Below are positions 60,309-64,000 of a stretch of DNA of 64,000 bases, piece by piece. Position 1 is the first letter of the stretch. Each line of letters begins with the position of its first letter. The stretch is from positions 480,001 through 544,000 of the forward strand of contig CAVYNY010000011.1 in assembly GCA_963769935.1 (NCBI GenBank), given 5' to 3'. The notes under the pieces are model-generated. The model worked only from the letters and a program-made list of their open reading frames with translations. It ran no database searches and was not told the origin of the DNA. Source of the DNA: an uncultured delta proteobacterium (lineage in GTDB: Bacteria > Desulfobacterota > Desulfobacteria > Desulfobacterales > JAFDCJ01). The translations under genes were made by a program, and so were the position numbers.

Positions 60309-62054
60309 ATGGAGCACACTGCAACCTGTGAACACATATTTGAGTCGATGGGCAGCGGCGTGGTAGCCACCGATGCGTCCGGCAGAATTGTTTATATTAA
60401 TCGGAAGGCATCGGATATGGTCAATTCGACCGCCGCCGCCGCTTTAAACGATGATATTCGTCATCTGCTGCCGGAGGCGCAACGTCTATTCGACGCATGC
60501 CTGCGATCCGGAGAAATCCAACTTGGTCAATATGTGCCGCGAAAAAACAGCAAATTTGTCGTGGACGCGGCGCCAATCAAATTCGAGGACCATATTGAAG
60601 GTATTGCTGTTTCTCTGCATTATCTGGATGATTTTGAGCATGCGCTGCGTCACTCGGAGGGGTATTTAAAGATGAGCAAACAGCTCGATGCCATTTTTAA
60701 GGGCACTTCAGACGGCCTTTGGGTTCACGACAACCATGGCAGAATAATCAATATCAATACCGTCTCCGAAATGATTAACGGCATCCGAGCCAAAGATGTT
60801 GTCGGCAGGAGTATTTATGATTTGGTCGAGGAAGGTATTTTGGAAGGCATCGTTACCCCGGAGATTTTGCGAACCAAACGCCAATTCAGCACCCTGTCCA
60901 CCGTCAAAAAAACAGGCAAACGGGTCCTCGTGACCGGAACACCGATTTTGGATGAAGACGGCAATGTCTCGCTGATTGTAAGCAACGAGCGGGATCTGAC
61001 GCATTGGAATGCTGTCAAAGAAGATTTGGAGCGCAGCCGCAAAGTTGCCGAAAAATATAAGGATGAATTCGAGCAATTGAGCCGGCTGGAGTCGGGACAG
61101 CATCAAATCGTGGCTGAAGGCAGGCAGATGAAGCAAGTTCTGCGCATCGGCATGAAACTGGCTCGGATGGGCGCTTCCAATATCCTGATTCAGGGCGAGT
61201 CGGGCACCGGCAAAGGGCTGCTCGCAAAATTCATACATGATAACAGCAGACGAAAACCGAAACCCTTCATACCAATAAATTGCGCCGCCCTGCCGGAAAG
61301 TCTTCTGGAAGCAGAACTTTTCGGATATGAAAAGGGCGCCTTCACCGGAGCCAGGGAACAGGGGAAAATCGGTTTGTTTGAATTGGCCCACGAAGGAACG
61401 CTTTTTCTGGATGAAATCGGGGATCTTCCTCTCAGCGTGCAGGCCAAACTGTTGAAATATCTAGATGACCAGGAAATCCTGCCCCTCGGCGGCATTCAGC
61501 GCAAAAAGGTAGATTGCACCATCATCGCGGCGACCAACCAGGACCTTGCCCAACTGACCCGGCAGAAGCGTTTCCGGCAAGATCTATTTTTCCGGTTAAA
61601 TACGTTTAAGGTGCAGATTCCGCCGCTGCGCAGCAGAACCGGAGACGTCCTGAAAATGACCGAGTATTTCCTCCAAAGGTACAATGGCGAATACCAGGTG
61701 CAGCGACGTATCACCCCTAAGGCCATGTACCGGCTGCAGGCGTATCCATATCCCGGCAACGTGCGGGAATTGCAAAATATTATCAGAGAAGCCGTGGTAT
61801 TAAGCGATAATGACGTGCTGGATGATTTCCTGGCCGACAACATCGGGAGCGGGGAAAAAATAGTCGGAAATGAATTTAAATCCCTGACGGGCCTGCCGTA
61901 TCCAATCCGCTTGCAGGATAAAATCCAGTATCTGGAAAAAGAGATTTTGTCGGATGCATGTATTCGCTTCGGATCAACCAGAAAAATTGCCCAGAACCTT
62001 GGGACCAGCCAAAGCAGCGTCATGCGCAGGATGAAGAAATACGGCCTGGCATAA
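60309..62054 (+). CDS. Sigma54 enhancer-binding protein, PAS-PAS-AAA+ with TyrR-type HTH (RocR-like architecture)
   Basis: Two PAS-like segments, GESGTGKG, EAELFGYEKGAFTGA, YPGNVRELQN, GSTRKIAQNLGTSQSSVMRRMKKYGL. Confidence 0.95.
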   Translation: MEHTATCEHIFESMGSGVVATDASGRIVYINRKASDMVNSTAAAALNDDIRHLLPEAQRLFDACLRSGEIQLGQYVPRKNSKFVVDAAPIKFEDHIEGIAVSLHYLDDFEHALRHSEGYLKMSKQLDAIFKGTSDGLWVHDNHGRIININTVSEMINGIRAKDVVGRSIYDLVEEGILEGIVTPEILRTKRQFSTLSTVKKTGKRVLVTGTPILDEDGNVSLIVSNERDLTHWNAVKEDLERSRKVAEKYKDEFEQLSRLESGQHQIVAEGRQMKQVLRIGMKLARMGASNILIQGESGTGKGLLAKFIHDNSRRKPKPFIPINCAALPESLLEAELFGYEKGAFTGAREQGKIGLFELAHEGTLFLDEIGDLPLSVQAKLLKYLDDQEILPLGGIQRKKVDCTIIAATNQDLAQLTRQKRFRQDLFFRLNTFKVQIPPLRSRTGDVLKMTEYFLQRYNGEYQVQRRITPKAMYRLQAYPYPGNVRELQNIIREAVVLSDNDVLDDFLADNIGSGEKIVGNEFKSLTGLPYPIRLQDKIQYLEKEILSDACIRFGSTRKIAQNLGTSQSSVMRRMKKYGLA

Positions 62055-62063
62055 TTTAATCAA

Positions 62064-62197
62064 AATCGGTTCAATACAAATCTAACATTTTGAATTTAAA
62101 CAATATATGGAGATATAAAATAACGATTCATAATCGGTTCAAATTATTTAAATAATTTTCAATAGGTTAATCTATTGAAGAGTCTAGGCCGGTTCAA
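62064..62197 (+). promoter_or_regulatory. Candidate enhancer sites
   Basis: AATCGGTTCAA at 62064-62074 and 62132-62142, CGGTTCAA at 62190-62197, in AT-rich DNA upstream of a sigma54 motif. Confidence 0.55.
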
Positions 62198-62270
62198 CCT
62201 GATTCTCCTGGCGCTGCCTTATTATAAATAACATACTAAAATTATTAAAAATAAATAATACATAAAATCC

Positions 62271-62286
62271 TGGCTCTAATTTTGCT
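62271..62286 (+). promoter_or_regulatory. Sigma54 (-24/-12) promoter of the amidinotransferase operon
   Basis: TGGCTCTAATTTTGCT has GG-N10-GC spacing, about 70 bp upstream of the start codon. Confidence 0.8.
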
Positions 62287-62357
62287 TTACCTATTTTGAT
62301 TAAATTCGCTTAACCAGATACCAGTTTTTTTATTCCCGGATAAAAATGGAGGCTAAG

Positions 62358-63503
62358 ATGCAAGAGCAAAACATTCATCGCAAAACGATTGTAAACTCCT
62401 GGAACGAATGGGATCCGCTAAAACACGTCATCGTCGGCCGCGCCGATGGGACCATGGTTCAGGCGCCGGAGCCGGCCATTGAACGCAACTGGCCTGATCA
62501 TGGATTTCCGCTGGGAACCTACGGTCCCCTGCCCAAAGAAATGGAGGCCAAAGCCAACGCCCAGCTGGATAATTTTGCCAAGCTGCTGGAAAGCCGGGGA
62601 ATCCGCGTCGACCGGCCGACCCCACTGGATTTCGGACAGGAGGTGCGCACGCCGGACTGGGAGCAGAAGTCCATGTTCGGGTGCATGCCGCCACGGGACG
62701 TTCTGTTGACTGTCGGCCATGAAATCATTGAAGCAACCATGTCGCAACGGGCCCGCTGGTATGAATATCTTTGTTATCGGCCGTTGCTGGAGCAATATTT
62801 CAGGGAAGATCCCAGCTTCAGGTGGGAAGCGGCCCCCAAACCTCGGCTGAATGATGATTCTTACAAAAAAGACTACTGGCGTGAATGGGAGAAGAAAAGC
62901 AAGGAAGAGAAGGAAAAAGCGATTTATGGCCGTGATTGGGTTCTAACGGAAAAAGAGCCCTGCTTCGATGCCGCTGATATCGGCCGGGCCGGCAAAGATC
63001 TTTTCGTCTATCATTCATCGGTAACCAACAAAGCCGGGCTCGAATGGTTACGGCGGCACTTTCCGAATCATCGCATTCACCCGGTTTGGTTTTACGAGGA
63101 AAATCCGATTCACATCGATGCGACGTTCGTCGTCCTGCGGCCCGGTTTGGCGCTCAGCAATCGTAAACGAAAACCTCTAACACCCAAATTAGTCGATTTT
63201 TTCGCAAAGAATGACTGGCAGATCGTCGAATGCGCCAAGCCCGCCCTGGACACCTATCCCCCCCTGTCGTTCTGCAGCCCCTGGCTGTCGATGAATACGC
63301 TGATGCTGGATTCCAAGACCATCTGTGCCGATGCTCAGGAAAAAGACCAGATGGAGCAGTTCGACAAGCTCGGATTTGAAGTTATTCCCGTGGAGTTTGC
63401 CGATGTGAGTGCTTTCGGCGGCGGTTTGCATTGTGCCACGGCGGATGTTTACCGGGAGGGCGAGTGCGTGGATTATTTCCCTCATCAGATAGAGGGGTTT
63501 TAA
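62358..63503 (+). CDS. Amidinotransferase of the L-arginine:glycine amidinotransferase (AGAT) type
   Basis: VNSWNEWDPLKHVIVGRA, PPRDVLLTVGHEIIEA, APKP, EPCFDAAD (Asp), NPIHIDATF (His), WLSMN, FGGGLHCATAD (Cys). GGAGG favours the ATG at 62358 over 62346. Confidence 0.92.
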   Translation: MQEQNIHRKTIVNSWNEWDPLKHVIVGRADGTMVQAPEPAIERNWPDHGFPLGTYGPLPKEMEAKANAQLDNFAKLLESRGIRVDRPTPLDFGQEVRTPDWEQKSMFGCMPPRDVLLTVGHEIIEATMSQRARWYEYLCYRPLLEQYFREDPSFRWEAAPKPRLNDDSYKKDYWREWEKKSKEEKEKAIYGRDWVLTEKEPCFDAADIGRAGKDLFVYHSSVTNKAGLEWLRRHFPNHRIHPVWFYEENPIHIDATFVVLRPGLALSNRKRKPLTPKLVDFFAKNDWQIVECAKPALDTYPPLSFCSPWLSMNTLMLDSKTICADAQEKDQMEQFDKLGFEVIPVEFADVSAFGGGLHCATADVYREGECVDYFPHQIEGF

Positions 63504-63514
63504 AAACGCTGAAA

Positions 63515-63731
63515 GGTTCAAAGGTTAGAACGTAAGAAGGTGAGAGGGTAAGAGGGTAGGAGGGTAGGAGGGTAGGAGGGTAGAGAGAGTTGAGAAGTTG
63601 AGGATTGCGGGATTCATCGGAAATTGCGTCAAAATAAGATCGATTAACCATATTTATTCGTCATTAGAAAATAATCAGTCGCCAATTTTGACGAAGATAA
63701 CCTTGAACCCCGAACCTCTGAACGCTGAACC
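63515..63731. repeat. Octamer (GAGGGTAG) tract with outer GGTTCA/TGAACC heptamer arms
   Basis: GAGGGTAA GAGGGTAG GAGGGTAG GAGGGTAG...; distal AACCTTGAACCCCGAACCTCTGAACGCTGAACC. Confidence 0.75.
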
Positions 63732-63749
63732 CAAAAAAGGGAGGCAACC

Positions 63750-64000
63750 ATGGCATTCAATCTAAGAAACAGGCATTTTTTGAAATTGTTGGATTTTACA
63801 CCCGGGGAGATTAAGTTTTTGCTGGAACTTGCGCTCGATCTGAAAAAGGCTAAGTATGCCGGGTTTGAGCAGCAGCGCCTGGTTGGCAAAAATATTGCGC
63901 TCATTTTTGAAAAGTCCTCGACGCGAACCCGGTGTGCCTTTGAAGTGGCGGCTTTCGATCAGGGGGCGCATGTGACATACCTGGGGCCGTCCGGATCCCA
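63750..64000 (+). CDS. argF: Ornithine carbamoyltransferase, N-terminal part (runs off window; resembles catabolic ArcB types)
   Basis: GGAGG then [38 protein letters not shown]...[42 protein letters not shown] is the carbamoyl-phosphate motif. Not in the ORF track because it has no stop in the window. Confidence 0.93.
   Translation, partial: MAFNLRNRHFLKLLDFTPGEIKFLLELALDLKKAKYAGFEQQRLVGKNIALIFEKSSTRTRCAFEVAAFDQGAHVTYLGPSGS

Noticed and set aside
62358..63503. Annotation as arginine deiminase (arcA) because of the neighbouring OTC
   Set aside because: The motifs follow the AGAT branch of the superfamily throughout; deiminase activity remains only a hypothesis.

Overview
Chromosomal 64-kb window from an anaerobic Desulfobacterota (Desulfobacterales-like) bacterium; the taxon is inferred from gene content and order. 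From left to right: an HdrL-type heterodisulfide reductase gene behind a sigma54 promoter with its own kinase, enhancer-binding protein and receiver genes; a B12 radical SAM gene; a five-gene cassette encoding homologues of the Pseudomonas T6SS signalling proteins TagR, TagS and TagT plus a kinase-less PpkA vWA domain, bracketed by two equal-length elements with identical terminal inverted repeats; hisD, serC, aor; a Ser/Thr kinase-TPR gene coupled to a triple-LysM lipoprotein; an HD-GYP protein; PPi-PFK; a polar amino-acid ABC transporter; smc-ftsY-hup; the housekeeping string mfd-surA-rodZ-recO-GHMP kinase-glyQS-ligA-acyP; tRNA-Thr(CGT); ihfA; an NtrC-type two-component pair; and, at the right edge, a sigma54-driven operon starting with an AGAT-type amidinotransferase followed by ornithine carbamoyltransferase, at the position normally held by arginine deiminase. 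Many intergenic gaps hold nested palindromic elements built from 7-9 bp tandem repeats. At least seven frameshifts, all single extra bases and one in essential glyS, are most likely sequencing errors. No CRISPR array, integrase, transposase or rRNA was seen. Family assignments come from motif recognition and recalled reference sequences, not from database searches.
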